Notes: generated by a model not told the origin, from the sequence alone. A stretch of DNA of 59,847 bases from Gemmatimonadota bacterium (GCA_037387345.1 JARRLD010000022.1:1-59847), one strand, 5' to 3'. Counted from the stretch's first letter, positions 8,099 to 18,364 are shown. Program-made: numbers and translations.

Positions 8099-10120
8099 AT
8101 GACAGAGCTGACTCGCGATCTGCGGTACGCCGCCCGCATGCTGGTGAAGGACCCGATGTTCACCGCCGCCGCGGTAGTCACCCTGGCGCTGGGAATCGGG
8201 CTCAACGCGGCGACCTTCTCCGTGGTCCACGGCCTTCTGCTCCGGCCCCTCTCGGGCACGGAGCATCCCGAGGAGCTGGTGCAGATCTACCGGAAATGGC
8301 CGGGCATGGACTACGGGTCCAACTCCATTCCCCACTACCAGGACGTACGCGACCGGTCCGCCGACGTCTTCGAGACCGTGGCGGCGTGGTACTTCACGCC
8401 GATCTCCCTGTCCGCCGACGGACGCAGCGAGCGGACCATGGGAATGCTGGTCAGCGCAAATTTCTTCCAGACATACGGTGCGACGCCGGTCCTGGGCCGC
8501 CCGTTCTTCCCAGGAGAGGAGGATACGGCTCCGGGCGCGCATCCGGTCGCCGTCCTGGGACACGGCTTCTGGCAGACGCGCTTCGGAGGCGACCCGTCGG
8601 TGCTGGGAGCTACCCTGATCCTCAACGGGCATCCCTTCGAGGTCGTGGGTGTCGCCCCCGAGGAATTCCGGGGGCCGGTGAGCTTCGCCAACGTGCCCGT
8701 CTATGTCCCGTTGATGATGCAGCGGGAGATCGACCCCGGAAGGGATCTCATCGAAGACCGGACCAGCACCATGCTGAACGTGGTGGGAAGGCTCCGCGAC
8801 GGTGAGACGCTGGATCGAGCCCAGGAGATCATGGACGTCATGCTCGTCCGGCTCCAGGAAGAGCTCCCGGACTCGTACGGCAATCAACGGGGGACCACCC
8901 TGGTCCTTCAGAACGAGGCCGGAATCCATCCCACCTTCCGCAGCGCCCAGCTCGGGATGAGCTCGGTCATCATGGTGGTGGTGGTGCTCCTCCTCCTCAT
9001 CGCGTGCCTCAACGTGGCGAACCTGTTCCTGGCGCGGGCGCGGGATCGGAGGGGGGAGCTGGGCATCCGCCTCGCCCTCGGCGCCGGGCGCCGACGGATC
9101 GTGCAGCAGCTACTCACCGAAAGCCTGGTGTTCAGCACCATCGCCGGCATCGCGGGATTGGGTCTCGCGGGACTCGTGACCCGTTTCCTGGGCAAGTTCC
9201 GTCTGCCGCTGGACGGGCCCTGGAGCTTCGCGGTGAACTTGAACGACACGGTGCTCGTCTTCACCCTCGTCGTCTCCGTCGCCGCCGGGCTCTTGTTCGG
9301 GATGGTTCCCGCGCTGCAGGTGGCACGCTCCGGTGCCGCTGCCGCCGTGAACTGCGAGTCGGCCCAACGGGGCGGCTTCCGGCCGGGCCGGGCCCTCGTC
9401 GTCCTTCAGATGGCCCTTTCCCTCCTCCTCCTCATCAGCTCCGGGCTCTTTCTTCGCAGCCTGAAGGGAGCTATGGAGATCGACCCCGGCTTCGATGCCC
9501 CGGAGAACCTCGTCATGGCCTCGGTCGACCCCGGCCTCCAGGGATATGACAACGCCAGGGCAAGGGCGTTCTTCGACCGTCTCGTGGAAGATGTGGAAGC
9601 GCTGCCCGAGGTAACCCGCGTGGGGTTGTCGAGCTCCCTGCCCCTGGGGTTCGCCAACAGCGACGGAAGCGTGACCATTCCGGGGTACGAGTTCGTCGAT
9701 GGCGAGCGCCGTAGCCTCCAGTACGCGCTCGTCACCGAAGGCTATCTCCAGACCATGGGCGTGACGTTGCTGGACGGACGAACGTTGGCCCGGACGGACG
9801 ACGAGGCCGGGGCGCCAGTGATCATCGTCAACCAGCGCTTCGCCGACCGCTTCTGGCCCGGGGAGTCCGCGGTCGGCAAGACCGTACGTACGGCGGGAAG
9901 GGAGCGCACCGTGATCGGCGTCGTGGCCACGGGAAAGTACCGGAGCCTTGGTGAAGAGCCCACCGAGTTCATGTACCTGCCTCAGCGGGAGCTGTTCACC
10001 ACGGGTATGACGTTGGTGGCCCGGACCCCGTCCGACCCCCAGGCGGTGCTCGGAGCCATCCGGGCGGTCGTCCGCGAAGCCGCCACGGTCGACCCCATGA
10101 GGGCCCTGAAGACGGACTGA
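8099..10120 (+). CDS. ADOP-type (MacB/FtsX-like) ABC transporter permease, apparently lacking the second FtsX transmembrane module
   Basis: The N-terminus MTELTRDLRYAARMLVKDPMFTAAAVVTLALGIGLNAATFSVVHGLL is characteristic of the acidobacterial duplicated orphan permease family. It is followed by a first periplasmic domain, FtsX module 1 (...CLNVANLFLARARDRRGELGIRLALGAGRRRI...), TM5 and a second periplasmic domain. The protein then ends ...AIRAVVREAATVDPMRALKTD. Confidence 0.8.
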   Translation: MTELTRDLRYAARMLVKDPMFTAAAVVTLALGIGLNAATFSVVHGLLLRPLSGTEHPEELVQIYRKWPGMDYGSNSIPHYQDVRDRSADVFETVAAWYFTPISLSADGRSERTMGMLVSANFFQTYGATPVLGRPFFPGEEDTAPGAHPVAVLGHGFWQTRFGGDPSVLGATLILNGHPFEVVGVAPEEFRGPVSFANVPVYVPLMMQREIDPGRDLIEDRTSTMLNVVGRLRDGETLDRAQEIMDVMLVRLQEELPDSYGNQRGTTLVLQNEAGIHPTFRSAQLGMSSVIMVVVVLLLLIACLNVANLFLARARDRRGELGIRLALGAGRRRIVQQLLTESLVFSTIAGIAGLGLAGLVTRFLGKFRLPLDGPWSFAVNLNDTVLVFTLVVSVAAGLLFGMVPALQVARSGAAAAVNCESAQRGGFRPGRALVVLQMALSLLLLISSGLFLRSLKGAMEIDPGFDAPENLVMASVDPGLQGYDNARARAFFDRLVEDVEALPEVTRVGLSSSLPLGFANSDGSVTIPGYEFVDGERRSLQYALVTEGYLQTMGVTLLDGRTLARTDDEAGAPVIIVNQRFADRFWPGESAVGKTVRTAGRERTVIGVVATGKYRSLGEEPTEFMYLPQRELFTTGMTLVARTPSDPQAVLGAIRAVVREAATVDPMRALKTD

Positions 10121-10156
10121 GCCCGGGCCGACGCCGGCCTCACGCGTCGCGACGGC

Positions 10157-10798
10157 TCAGAGGTCGGCAAGGGCCCGCTCATACGCCTGCTCCACATCCT
10201 CGATCCGGCTCACCGAGAATCCGAGGTCCCGGAGGAGGCCGTCCTCCAGCCCGTAGATCAGGCCGTGGACCGTGAGATCCCGACCTGCACGCCACGCCTC
10301 CCGCACGGAAGGCGTGTAGCATGCGGACACGGCCTGCTGCAGAACATTGAGCTCGCACAGCTTGTGGAAACGCTCGTCGTGGGAGTCGAGGTCGTCCAGC
10401 TCCTCCCGGTGCAGACGAACCACCTCACGGATCCGGGCGAGCCACGCGTCGATGATTCCCAGCGGCTCGTCTCCCATGGCGGCATGAACGCCCCCACACC
10501 CGTAGTGCCCGCACACGATGATGTGTCTCACCTGCAGTACGCTCACGGCAAACTGGAGCACTGAGAGGCAGTTGATGTCCGACGGCTCCACGACGTTGGC
10601 CACATTGCGATGGACGAAGAGCTCCCCGGCGCTCACGCCCACGATGTCCTCGGCGGGGACCCTGCTGTCCGAGCACCCGATCCACAGGTACATCGGGCTC
10701 TGGCCCTCGGTGAGGCGCACGAAGAAGTCCGGATCCGCGGCCAGCCGCTCGGAGGCCCAGGCACGGTTGTTCTCGAAGAGCTCGTGCAGGTCGCGCAT
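10157..10798 (-). CDS. can: beta-class carbonic anhydrase
   Basis: ATG at 10798 (MRDLHELFENNRAWA...). The segments WIGCSDSRVP and VCGHYGCGGV are the beta-CA zinc-ligand motifs. Confidence 0.9.
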   Translation of the reverse strand: MRDLHELFENNRAWASERLAADPDFFVRLTEGQSPMYLWIGCSDSRVPAEDIVGVSAGELFVHRNVANVVEPSDINCLSVLQFAVSVLQVRHIIVCGHYGCGGVHAAMGDEPLGIIDAWLARIREVVRLHREELDDLDSHDERFHKLCELNVLQQAVSACYTPSVREAWRAGRDLTVHGLIYGLEDGLLRDLGFSVSRIEDVEQAYERALADL

Positions 10799-10832
10799 GG
10801 GTCGGCGTGCTCTGACTAGACCGGTTCCACCC

Positions 10833-12089
10833 TCAGACGAGGATGGCCGCCGGCTCCTCGAGCATGGCCGTGAGCGTGGCCAGGAACCTGGAGCCCTGCG
10901 CACCGTCGATCACCCGGTGATCGCAACTCATGGTAACGCGCATGCGCGGTCGCACGACCACCTCCCCGTCCAGGACCACCGGCGTGTCCTCGACTCCTCC
11001 CACGGCCAGGATGCCCGCTTCCGGCGGGTTGATGATGGCCGTGAACTCGTGGATCCCGAACATGCCGAGGTTGGAGACCGAGAACGTGGCGCCCGTGTAC
11101 TCCTCGGGCGTGAGCTTCCTCTCCCTCGCCCGTGCCGCCAGCTCTCGCACTTCCCGGGCGATGAGGGCGATCCCCTTGGCTTGGGCATCCCTGATCACCG
11201 GTGTGATGAGCCCGTCCTCCACCGCCACCGCAACGCCGAGGTGGACGCGGTTGAACCGCCGGATGTGACCCCCGTGCCACTGGGCGTTGCAGTCCGGATG
11301 CTTCCTGAGAGCGCCCGCCACGGCCTTGAGGAGGATATCGTTGATGGAGACCTTCTGACCTTCCTTCTCGAGGATGGCGTTGATGCTCTTCCGTGACTCC
11401 AGCACGCGGCCCATGTCCACGTCAACGGTGAGGAAGAAGTGGGGAACGGGTCCGATGGACTCCACGAGGCGCCTGGCGATGGTCTTGCGCATCTGCGAGA
11501 CCGGCACGTCCTCGTAGTCCGCCTCGTCCGGGGTCCACGCCACCGCGGGCGCCGGGGCCGCGACCGGCGACGCCTTCGCCGCCTCCACATCCCGCTTTAC
11601 GATCCGCCCTCCGGGCCCCGAGCCGCTCACCGTCGTGAGATCCACACCCATGTCCTCGGCGAGGCGGCGGGCGAGAGGTGAGGCCTTGATTCGCTCCCCC
11701 GCTCCTGCGGGGGGAGCCTGCGCCGCGGCCGGCGGCGCGGCCACGGACGGTGTCTCCTCCGGTGCGGCTCCGTCATCCTCCCGGGGTCCTTCCCCCGAGG
11801 GGGCTGGCGTCTCCCCTGCCCGGGCGCCAACCACATCCGAGATATCCTCGTCCTCCCCGGCGATCACGGCAATGACATCGCCTACCGGAGCCGTCCCGCC
11901 CTCCCCGAGGAGGATCTTCCTCAGGGTCCCGTCACCGCGTGCCACCAGCTCCATCGTGGCCTTGTCGGTCTCGATCTCGGCGAGAACGTCTCCGCTGGAA
12001 ACGGCTTCGCCCTCGGCTCGATGCCACTTGACGAGCTGACCCTCCTCCATGGTCGGGGAGAGCGCTTCCATATGGACTTTCGTGATCAT
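10833..12089 (-). CDS. pdhC: pyruvate dehydrogenase complex dihydrolipoamide acetyltransferase (E2)
   Basis: Lipoyl domain (LSPTMEEGQLVKW...EIETDKATMEL), Ala/Pro linker, E3-binding domain (ASPLARRLAEDMGVDL) and catalytic domain ending DHRVIDGA. Confidence 0.9.
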   Translation of the reverse strand: MITKVHMEALSPTMEEGQLVKWHRAEGEAVSSGDVLAEIETDKATMELVARGDGTLRKILLGEGGTAPVGDVIAVIAGEDEDISDVVGARAGETPAPSGEGPREDDGAAPEETPSVAAPPAAAQAPPAGAGERIKASPLARRLAEDMGVDLTTVSGSGPGGRIVKRDVEAAKASPVAAPAPAVAWTPDEADYEDVPVSQMRKTIARRLVESIGPVPHFFLTVDVDMGRVLESRKSINAILEKEGQKVSINDILLKAVAGALRKHPDCNAQWHGGHIRRFNRVHLGVAVAVEDGLITPVIRDAQAKGIALIAREVRELAARARERKLTPEEYTGATFSVSNLGMFGIHEFTAIINPPEAGILAVGGVEDTPVVLDGEVVVRPRMRVTMSCDHRVIDGAQGSRFLATLTAMLEEPAAILV

Positions 12090-12150
12090 GCGCGCACGCC
12101 CTGATGGAGACGTCCGGGTTGAGTCCGCGCCAAGTGTCGGGGACTCGACA

Positions 12151-13131
12151 CTAGCGGTACAGGACCTTGTTTACGGCGGCCACGACTCGGTCCGCGCTCG
12201 GCTTCGCCAACATCTCCAGGTTCTTGGCGTAGGGCATGGGGATGTCCGCCTGGGTGACCCTGAGGACCGGCGCGTCGAGGTAGTCGAAGGCTTCCTCCTG
12301 GATGGTGGCGACGATTTGGGCCCCCACGCCCACGTACGACCACCCCTCCTCCAGGTAGACGGCCCGGTTGGTCTTCCTGACCGTGGCCAGGATAGCGTCC
12401 ACGTCCAGGGGACGGAGCGAGCGCAGGTCCAGCACATCGGCCTCGATCCCCTCCTTCTCGAGCTTGCCCGCCGCCTGCATCGCGACGTGCAGCATCTTTC
12501 CGTGGGTGATGATGGAGACGTCCGATCCCTCTCGCTTCAGCTCCGCCACACCCAGGGGGATCACGAAGTCGTCGTCGTCGGGAACCTCACCTTTGAAGTT
12601 GTACAGCAGCTCGCCTTCCAAGAACGCGACCGGATCGTTGTCCCGGATGGATGCCTTCAGCAGGCCTTTGGCATCGGCGGGCGTAGCGGGCGTGACGACC
12701 TTGCAGCCCGGAGAGTGCAGGTAATACGTCTCGCAGGAGACGGAGTGCTGCGCCGACAGCTGGAGGGCCGCCCCGGTGGGGCCTCGAAACACGACGGGAA
12801 TGGGGAACTGCCCGTCGGACATGTACATCATCTTGGAGGCACCGTTGATGACCTGGTCGATGGCCAGGAACGCGAAGTTGAACGTCATGAACTCCACGAT
12901 AGGCCTCAAGCCGGCCATGGCAGCTCCCACACACAGCCCCGCGAATCCCAGCTCGCTGATGGGAGAGTCCACCACCCGCCCGGCTCCGAACTCCTTCAGA
13001 AGTCCCTTCGACACCTTGTAGGCCCCATCGTACTCGGCCACCTCCTCACCCATGAGGAACACGTCGGGGTCCCTGGACATCTCCTCCCGGAGCGCCGTAT
13101 TGAGGGCTTCGCGGTAGGTCATCACCGCCAT
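12151..13131 (-). CDS. pdhB: pyruvate dehydrogenase E1 component beta subunit
   Basis: MAVMTYREALNTALREEMSRDPDVFLMGEEVAEYDGAYKVSKGLLKEFG...VVDSPISE; full-length E1-beta similarity. Confidence 0.92.
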   Translation of the reverse strand: MAVMTYREALNTALREEMSRDPDVFLMGEEVAEYDGAYKVSKGLLKEFGAGRVVDSPISELGFAGLCVGAAMAGLRPIVEFMTFNFAFLAIDQVINGASKMMYMSDGQFPIPVVFRGPTGAALQLSAQHSVSCETYYLHSPGCKVVTPATPADAKGLLKASIRDNDPVAFLEGELLYNFKGEVPDDDDFVIPLGVAELKREGSDVSIITHGKMLHVAMQAAGKLEKEGIEADVLDLRSLRPLDVDAILATVRKTNRAVYLEEGWSYVGVGAQIVATIQEEAFDYLDAPVLRVTQADIPMPYAKNLEMLAKPSADRVVAAVNKVLYR

Positions 13132-14201
13132 GGCGACTCCCCCCGGCCGTCGAAGTTCAGGCGTCCGTTCGGATTGATGTCAGCCCACACGTGGGCGTAC
13201 AGCGCCTCGGGCCCCGGCCGCGGAGAGTTGTCGGCGAACTCGACCGCTTCCTCCACCAGCTCACGCACCCCGGCATCCATCTCTTCCAGCGCCGTCTGGT
13301 CGAGGACCCCGACATCCATGAGCCGATTCCGGAGGATCACGATGGGGTCCTGGTGCTCCTTGCGCTCCTCCACCTCTTCCGTTGGACGGTAGGTGCCGGA
13401 CACCGGGTCCGACATGGAGTGTCCCCGGAACCGATAGGTCTCCAGGTCCACGAACCTGGGGCCGCCCCCGCCCCGTACCTCCGCCGCCAGATCGCGGAAG
13501 TGCGCGTATGTGGCGAGGACGTCCTGGCCGTCAACGGAGCTCGCGGGAATGCCGTAGGGCGACGCCTTCTCCACCATGTCCGTGAGGGAGACCCGGCGGA
13601 AGGCGGTTCCCATGCCGTACTGGTTGTTTTCGACAACGTAGATGGCCGGAAGCTCCCAGATGGCCGCCATGTTGAGCGCCTCGTGGAAGGCTCCCTGGTT
13701 CACCGCCGCATCGCCCATGAAGCAGACGACCACGCCGTCCTCCTCGCGGTACTTGATCTTCCATGCCATCCCGGTGGCCAGGGGCACCTGGCCCCCTACG
13801 ATGCCATGGCCTCCCATGAACCGGACGCTCCTGTCGAAGACGTGCATGGAGCCACCCTTTCCACCCGAGGCGCCGCCTGCTCTGCCATAGAGCTCCGCCA
13901 TCACCGGGCCCGGCGCCACGCCCTTGGCCAGGGCCTGGGTGTGCTCCCGGTAGGCGCTGATGACGTAGTCGTCGTCCCGAAGGGGCTTGATGGAGCCGGC
14001 GGCGGCTCCCTCCTGCCCGATGTGCAGGTGACAGAAGCCCCCGATCTTTCCGATGGCGTAGGCCTCCTCCGCCTTTTCCTCGAACCGGCGGAAGAGGAGC
14101 ATGTCCCGAAGCAGCTCGACGGCCGTTTCCGGGGTTATCCCGGTGTCGCTGAAGACGTCCTTCTTCCGGGTCTCCTTCTTCCTGGTCTTGGTCTGCGCCA
14201 T
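13122..14201 (-). CDS. pdhA: pyruvate dehydrogenase E1 component alpha subunit
   Basis: LLFRRFEEKAEEAY...GFCHLHIGQEG...YREH...GKGGSMH and the TPP-binding block. The track start at 14210 is TTG. ATG at 14201 (MAQTKTRKK...) is preferred. Confidence 0.9.
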   Translation of the reverse strand: MAQTKTRKKETRKKDVFSDTGITPETAVELLRDMLLFRRFEEKAEEAYAIGKIGGFCHLHIGQEGAAAGSIKPLRDDDYVISAYREHTQALAKGVAPGPVMAELYGRAGGASGGKGGSMHVFDRSVRFMGGHGIVGGQVPLATGMAWKIKYREEDGVVVCFMGDAAVNQGAFHEALNMAAIWELPAIYVVENNQYGMGTAFRRVSLTDMVEKASPYGIPASSVDGQDVLATYAHFRDLAAEVRGGGGPRFVDLETYRFRGHSMSDPVSGTYRPTEEVEERKEHQDPIVILRNRLMDVGVLDQTALEEMDAGVRELVEEAVEFADNSPRPGPEALYAHVWADINPNGRLNFDGRGESPWR

Positions 14202-14206
14202 GGACG

Positions 14207-15310
14207 TCAACGACCTCCACCCACAGGCCTGCCAGGACGCCCGAGCTCGAGCTCGACCAGATCGAGCCTGACCTCGGCCGGAGCAGGAATGTCCGCCTCA
14301 AGGACCGTGGTGATGGCCCCGGGGCCCCCGGCCTCCACCTCCCGGGCCTGTTCCCTGGCGTGATAGCTGGACCGCACCAGCGGCCCCGATTCCACGTGCC
14401 GGAAGCCCTGCTCCTCCTCTCCGATCCGCTTCCAGCTCGCGAACTCCTCGGGGGCCACCCACCGCGCCACTGGAATGTGCATGGGGGAGGGGCGCAGGTA
14501 CTGGCCCAGGGTCAGGATGTCCACCGCGGCTTCCCGGAGATCTGCCATGGCTTGGCGCACCTCGGGCGCCTCCTCGCCCATACCCAGGATGATCCCCGTC
14601 TTGGTCAGCATGTCCGGGTCCATCCGCTTCACTGCCCCGAGGAAGGAGATGGATCGCCAATACCGCCCGCCGGGGCGCACGTCGGGATGGAGTCGCTCGA
14701 CCGTCTCCAGGTTGTGCCCGAGGATCTCCGGCTTCGCCTCCACGACCACGCGGAGCGCGTCCTCGTCGCCCTTGAAGTCCGGGATCAGCACCTCCACCGA
14801 GCAGCCGGGCACGGTGTCGTGGATCCTGCGGATGGTGTCCGCATAGATGGACGCCCCGCCGTCCGCGAGCTCGTCCCGATTCACGCTGGTGATGACCGCG
14901 TGCTCCAGTCCCATTCGGGCCACGCTTTCAGCCACCCGCCGGGGCTCATCGGTGTCGAGCTCCGTCGGCATCCCGTGGGCGACGCCACAGTACTTGCAAG
15001 CCCGGGTGCAGACGTCGCCCAGGATCATGAACGTGGCCGTTCCCGCCTCCCAGCACTCGCCGATGTTCGGGCAGCCCGCCTCCTCGCACACGGTGTGGAG
15101 GGACTCGGCCCGCATCAAGCGCTTGAGGTGGAGGTAGTTCCGTCCTCCCGGGGAGCGGACCTTCAGCCACGCCGGTTTCCGGGCGCGGATATCGACGGTA
15201 TCCAGGCCCTGGTGCGCCGGGATCCTCGACGTGCCCTTGGGCTTCACCACACCGGTATCCTTGCCGGTGGGCGCGTAGCCACGCGTTGCCTGGGTTGCGA
15301 TGCCGCTCAT
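14207..15310 (-). CDS. lipA: lipoyl synthase, with an Ala/Pro/Gly-rich C-terminal extension of about 45 aa
   Basis: HTVCEEAGCPNIGECW and CTRACKYC radical-SAM/auxiliary cluster motifs, then ...RSSYHA followed by an unusual tail. Sits directly upstream of pdhA in the same orientation. Confidence 0.92.
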   Translation of the reverse strand: MSGIATQATRGYAPTGKDTGVVKPKGTSRIPAHQGLDTVDIRARKPAWLKVRSPGGRNYLHLKRLMRAESLHTVCEEAGCPNIGECWEAGTATFMILGDVCTRACKYCGVAHGMPTELDTDEPRRVAESVARMGLEHAVITSVNRDELADGGASIYADTIRRIHDTVPGCSVEVLIPDFKGDEDALRVVVEAKPEILGHNLETVERLHPDVRPGGRYWRSISFLGAVKRMDPDMLTKTGIILGMGEEAPEVRQAMADLREAAVDILTLGQYLRPSPMHIPVARWVAPEEFASWKRIGEEEQGFRHVESGPLVRSSYHAREQAREVEAGGPGAITTVLEADIPAPAEVRLDLVELELGRPGRPVGGGR

Positions 15311-15450
15311 CGCCTTATCCTCCGGTCAGGTGCGCCGGACGGAAGCGCCCGGCCGACCCTCCGGGGTCGGCCCGCGGCCCGCGTCTTCGGCCCCGACAAC
15401 CATTCAAGTTGGAAAAGGCTCCCGCCGCAGTTCCGTGGGGGAGCCTGAAA

Positions 15451-16590
15451 TCATAGTCCCAACCCGAAGCCACGTACAAGGTACGCGACCCCGAAGCCCA
15501 GGTAGTTCCCCGCGGCATACCCGAGCAATCCCACGATGATCCCAGGCAGCACCAGACCGGGCCACTCCCGGGCCACGGCCACGGCCAGGGCGCTCGAAGG
15601 CCCGCCAACCGACGCCTGGGAGGCTACCGAAAGCGTCGCGGGGTCCAACCGGAAGAGACGCCCACCACCGAAGACCACCAGGCCATGAACGGCCACCAGG
15701 ACCAGCGTATAGAGGAACACCACCAGCCCCACGGAAACGATCTCCGCCACGCGGGACCAGATGCCGATGACGACGAAGAAGAGGTGCAGGACCATGGTGC
15801 CCAGCTGCAGCGCCCCCGGGGGCTGCCGAAAGGTCTTCGTATGGCCCAGGAGCAGCGCGTAGGTCGTGAGCCAGAGGATGGCGGGCACCTGGGGCACCAG
15901 CTGTGCCGTGAGCTCGGCCGCCGCCAGCAGGGCGAAGGCCGCCGCGACCAGAAACGAGAGGTTCAACGCCGAGACCCCGGCCGGCTCGAAGAACGGATGG
16001 GGGTGCGCGCCGGACCCGTCATGAACCACCACCGACTCGGGGATCGGTGGAAAGAAGCGGACCAGCCCCAGGGGAAGCAGGAGTGTGGCGGCCATCCAGA
16101 TCCCCGTGGTCATGGCGTCCGCCGCCGTGGCGCCAGCCCACAGGCTGTCCGGCAGGCCCACGCCCCGACCCACCGAGACGAAGTTCACCGACCCACCCGA
16201 GTAGGTGCCGGTGAACACCCCCGCCAACCGCCAGGTGTTGGCTCCGATCTGTCCCGAAAAGGCCAGGGCTCCCACCAGGGCCCCCAGGGCCGTGCCCAGC
16301 AACGCCAGGCCGAACGCCCCCACCATCCTCGGCCCGGCCCGCTGGAGATCGCCCAGGTTGACCGAAAGCAGGAGCCAGGCGATGGCCAACGACGTGACGG
16401 GGCCTGCGATGGCGTCGTATACCGGCGAGGTCGCCGGGACGATCCCGAGGTTCGACAGGAGCGCGCCGAAGACGAGGGTGAGGAGCGACGCTCCCACCTT
16501 GGAGAGGGCGGGCACCCGGTGGTCGAGCCAGAACGCGAGCGCCGCCGCAGCGGCGATCAGCGCGGTCAGGGGAAGCGCGGAATCGATCAC
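15451..16590 (-). CDS. DUF819 family polytopic membrane protein
   Basis: 379 aa with about 10-12 hydrophobic helices (LLTLVFGALLSNLGIVP...). The GTG start overlaps the upstream stop (GTGA). Confidence 0.7.
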   Translation of the reverse strand: MIDSALPLTALIAAAAALAFWLDHRVPALSKVGASLLTLVFGALLSNLGIVPATSPVYDAIAGPVTSLAIAWLLLSVNLGDLQRAGPRMVGAFGLALLGTALGALVGALAFSGQIGANTWRLAGVFTGTYSGGSVNFVSVGRGVGLPDSLWAGATAADAMTTGIWMAATLLLPLGLVRFFPPIPESVVVHDGSGAHPHPFFEPAGVSALNLSFLVAAAFALLAAAELTAQLVPQVPAILWLTTYALLLGHTKTFRQPPGALQLGTMVLHLFFVVIGIWSRVAEIVSVGLVVFLYTLVLVAVHGLVVFGGGRLFRLDPATLSVASQASVGGPSSALAVAVAREWPGLVLPGIIVGLLGYAAGNYLGFGVAYLVRGFGLGL

Positions 16591-17360
16591 CGGCCAGCCT
16601 CACGCTCGTCCGGGAGACTGCCCTTCAAGAGCGCCTTTCGTCGGCCGTAGCGTTGGACGATATGATCACGCGCTTCCTCGGGGTCGTCCGTGAGGAGCAT
16701 GAGATCCAGATCCTCCTCGGCGATCTTGCCCTCGGGGGCCATGCGGTCCCTGATCCACCCCAGGAGTCCATCCCAGTAGTCGAGGCCCATCAGCACCACC
16801 GGGAAGTGACGCACCTTGCCGGTCTGGATGAGCGTGAGGGACTCGAAGAGCTCGTCCATGGTGCCGAAGCCCCCCGGGAAGATGACGAAGGCCTGCGCGT
16901 ACTTTACGAACATGGTCTTCCGGACGAAGAAGTACCGGAAGTCGATGGCGAGATCGACGAACTCGTTGCCCGCCTGCTCGAAGGGCAGCTCGATGTTGCA
17001 CCCGACGGAGAGCGCACCGGCCTCGCGGGCTCCCTTGTTGGCTGCCTCCATGATGCCGGGACCACCCCCGGTGATGATGCTGAACCCCGCCTCGCCGATC
17101 AGCCGCGCCGTGTGGACACACGCTCCGTACCGGGGATCGTCGGGGGTCGTGCGGGCGGATCCGAAGATGGAGACCGCCGGCCCCACCTTCCCCATCTCCT
17201 CGAACCCCTCGACGAACTCACCCATGATCCGGAAGATTCGCCAGGCATCCTGGCCGATGACCTGGAGCTCCTCCACGCTCTCGAGGAGTCGCTCGTCCTC
17301 GGTCTCGCGTCGGCGCGGGAACGGCTCGGCCCAGCGGGCTCCCGAATCATGCTCGATCAT
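16587..17360 (-). CDS. LOG family / TIGR00730 Rossmann-fold nucleotide-binding protein
   Basis: VSIFGSAR...ITGGGPGIMEAANKGA...FPGGFGTMDELFE (the PGGxGTxxE motif). Confidence 0.88.
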   Translation of the reverse strand: MIEHDSGARWAEPFPRRRETEDERLLESVEELQVIGQDAWRIFRIMGEFVEGFEEMGKVGPAVSIFGSARTTPDDPRYGACVHTARLIGEAGFSIITGGGPGIMEAANKGAREAGALSVGCNIELPFEQAGNEFVDLAIDFRYFFVRKTMFVKYAQAFVIFPGGFGTMDELFESLTLIQTGKVRHFPVVLMGLDYWDGLLGWIRDRMAPEGKIAEEDLDLMLLTDDPEEARDHIVQRYGRRKALLKGSLPDEREAGR

Positions 17361-17367
17361 CTTCCGA

Positions 17368-18318
17368 CTACTCCTTTCCTGCCAGAGGTCCCGTCGTCAG
17401 CCAGCGTCCGGTGCGCCAAAGCGCGTCCTCGTGCCGATGGGGCGGGGTCCATCCCAGCTCCCCCCTGATGCGCACCGAGGAATAGGGATTCTCTCCCAGC
17501 GACAGCGCCGCCACCCGCTCCAGGGGGACCCGTCCGGGGCGGAGTGGCGACATACCTATACGCCGGAGGACGTAGGCTCCGCCACGGATCAGGGTCGAGG
17601 GGATCGGCAGGACGACAGGCGAGGCGCCCATGCCGGCGGCGATGCCCTGGACCATCATGCGCTGCGTGAGGGGGCATCGCACCACCGCGTCGGCCACATT
17701 CCCCGCGTATACCGTGGGGATCGTGTTTCGGCCGGGGCCCAGCGTGAACGCCACTCCGCGGCGCGCCATACGCCCGATCCGCATCGACAGCAGGCGGTCG
17801 TGCTCGCCGTACAGCCCTGCGGGTCGGAGCACCGTGACCGGGAGTCCCGTGCGGTTCTCCACGTCTCGCACGGCCCGTTCCGCTTCCCGCTTCGATCGTC
17901 CGTAGCTATCGCGTCGGTTGAGCGGAGCGTCGGGGGCCGGATCCTCCGAGACGGGTCCGCAGGGGATTCCGTAGACCGCGACCGAGGATACGTGGACCGC
18001 GTGCCCGACTCCCGCGAGCGCGGCGGCCTCCATCACCGCCTTCGCTCCCTCGACGTTGACGGACCACACGGTCTCCCGGCGTCCGCCACTGTAGACCAGA
18101 GCGGCGGCGTGAACCACGTGGGAGCACCCCGACATGGCCTCCGCCAGGATGTCCACAGGGTCGAGCACGTCGCCGGCCACCACCCGACAGCCGTCTGCGA
18201 GCGCGCTCACGTCCGACGTCGGACGGCACAGCGCGACGACCTCATGACCGTCGGAGACGAGTCTCCGGGCCGTGTGAGAACCGAGAAGTCCGGTGCCCCC
18301 GGTAAGGAATACGCGCAT
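17368..18318 (-). CDS. NAD-dependent epimerase/dehydratase family protein
   Basis: MRVFLTGGTGLLGSH (GxxGxxG) ...SSVAVYG...YGRSKREAE (the YxxxK motif). Confidence 0.8.
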   Translation of the reverse strand: MRVFLTGGTGLLGSHTARRLVSDGHEVVALCRPTSDVSALADGCRVVAGDVLDPVDILAEAMSGCSHVVHAAALVYSGGRRETVWSVNVEGAKAVMEAAALAGVGHAVHVSSVAVYGIPCGPVSEDPAPDAPLNRRDSYGRSKREAERAVRDVENRTGLPVTVLRPAGLYGEHDRLLSMRIGRMARRGVAFTLGPGRNTIPTVYAGNVADAVVRCPLTQRMMVQGIAAGMGASPVVLPIPSTLIRGGAYVLRRIGMSPLRPGRVPLERVAALSLGENPYSSVRIRGELGWTPPHRHEDALWRTGRWLTTGPLAGKE

Positions 18319-18364
18319 GCCGGGGGCTACCGGCGGATCTCGACGGCCGCGGTCCGCGGCCCGG

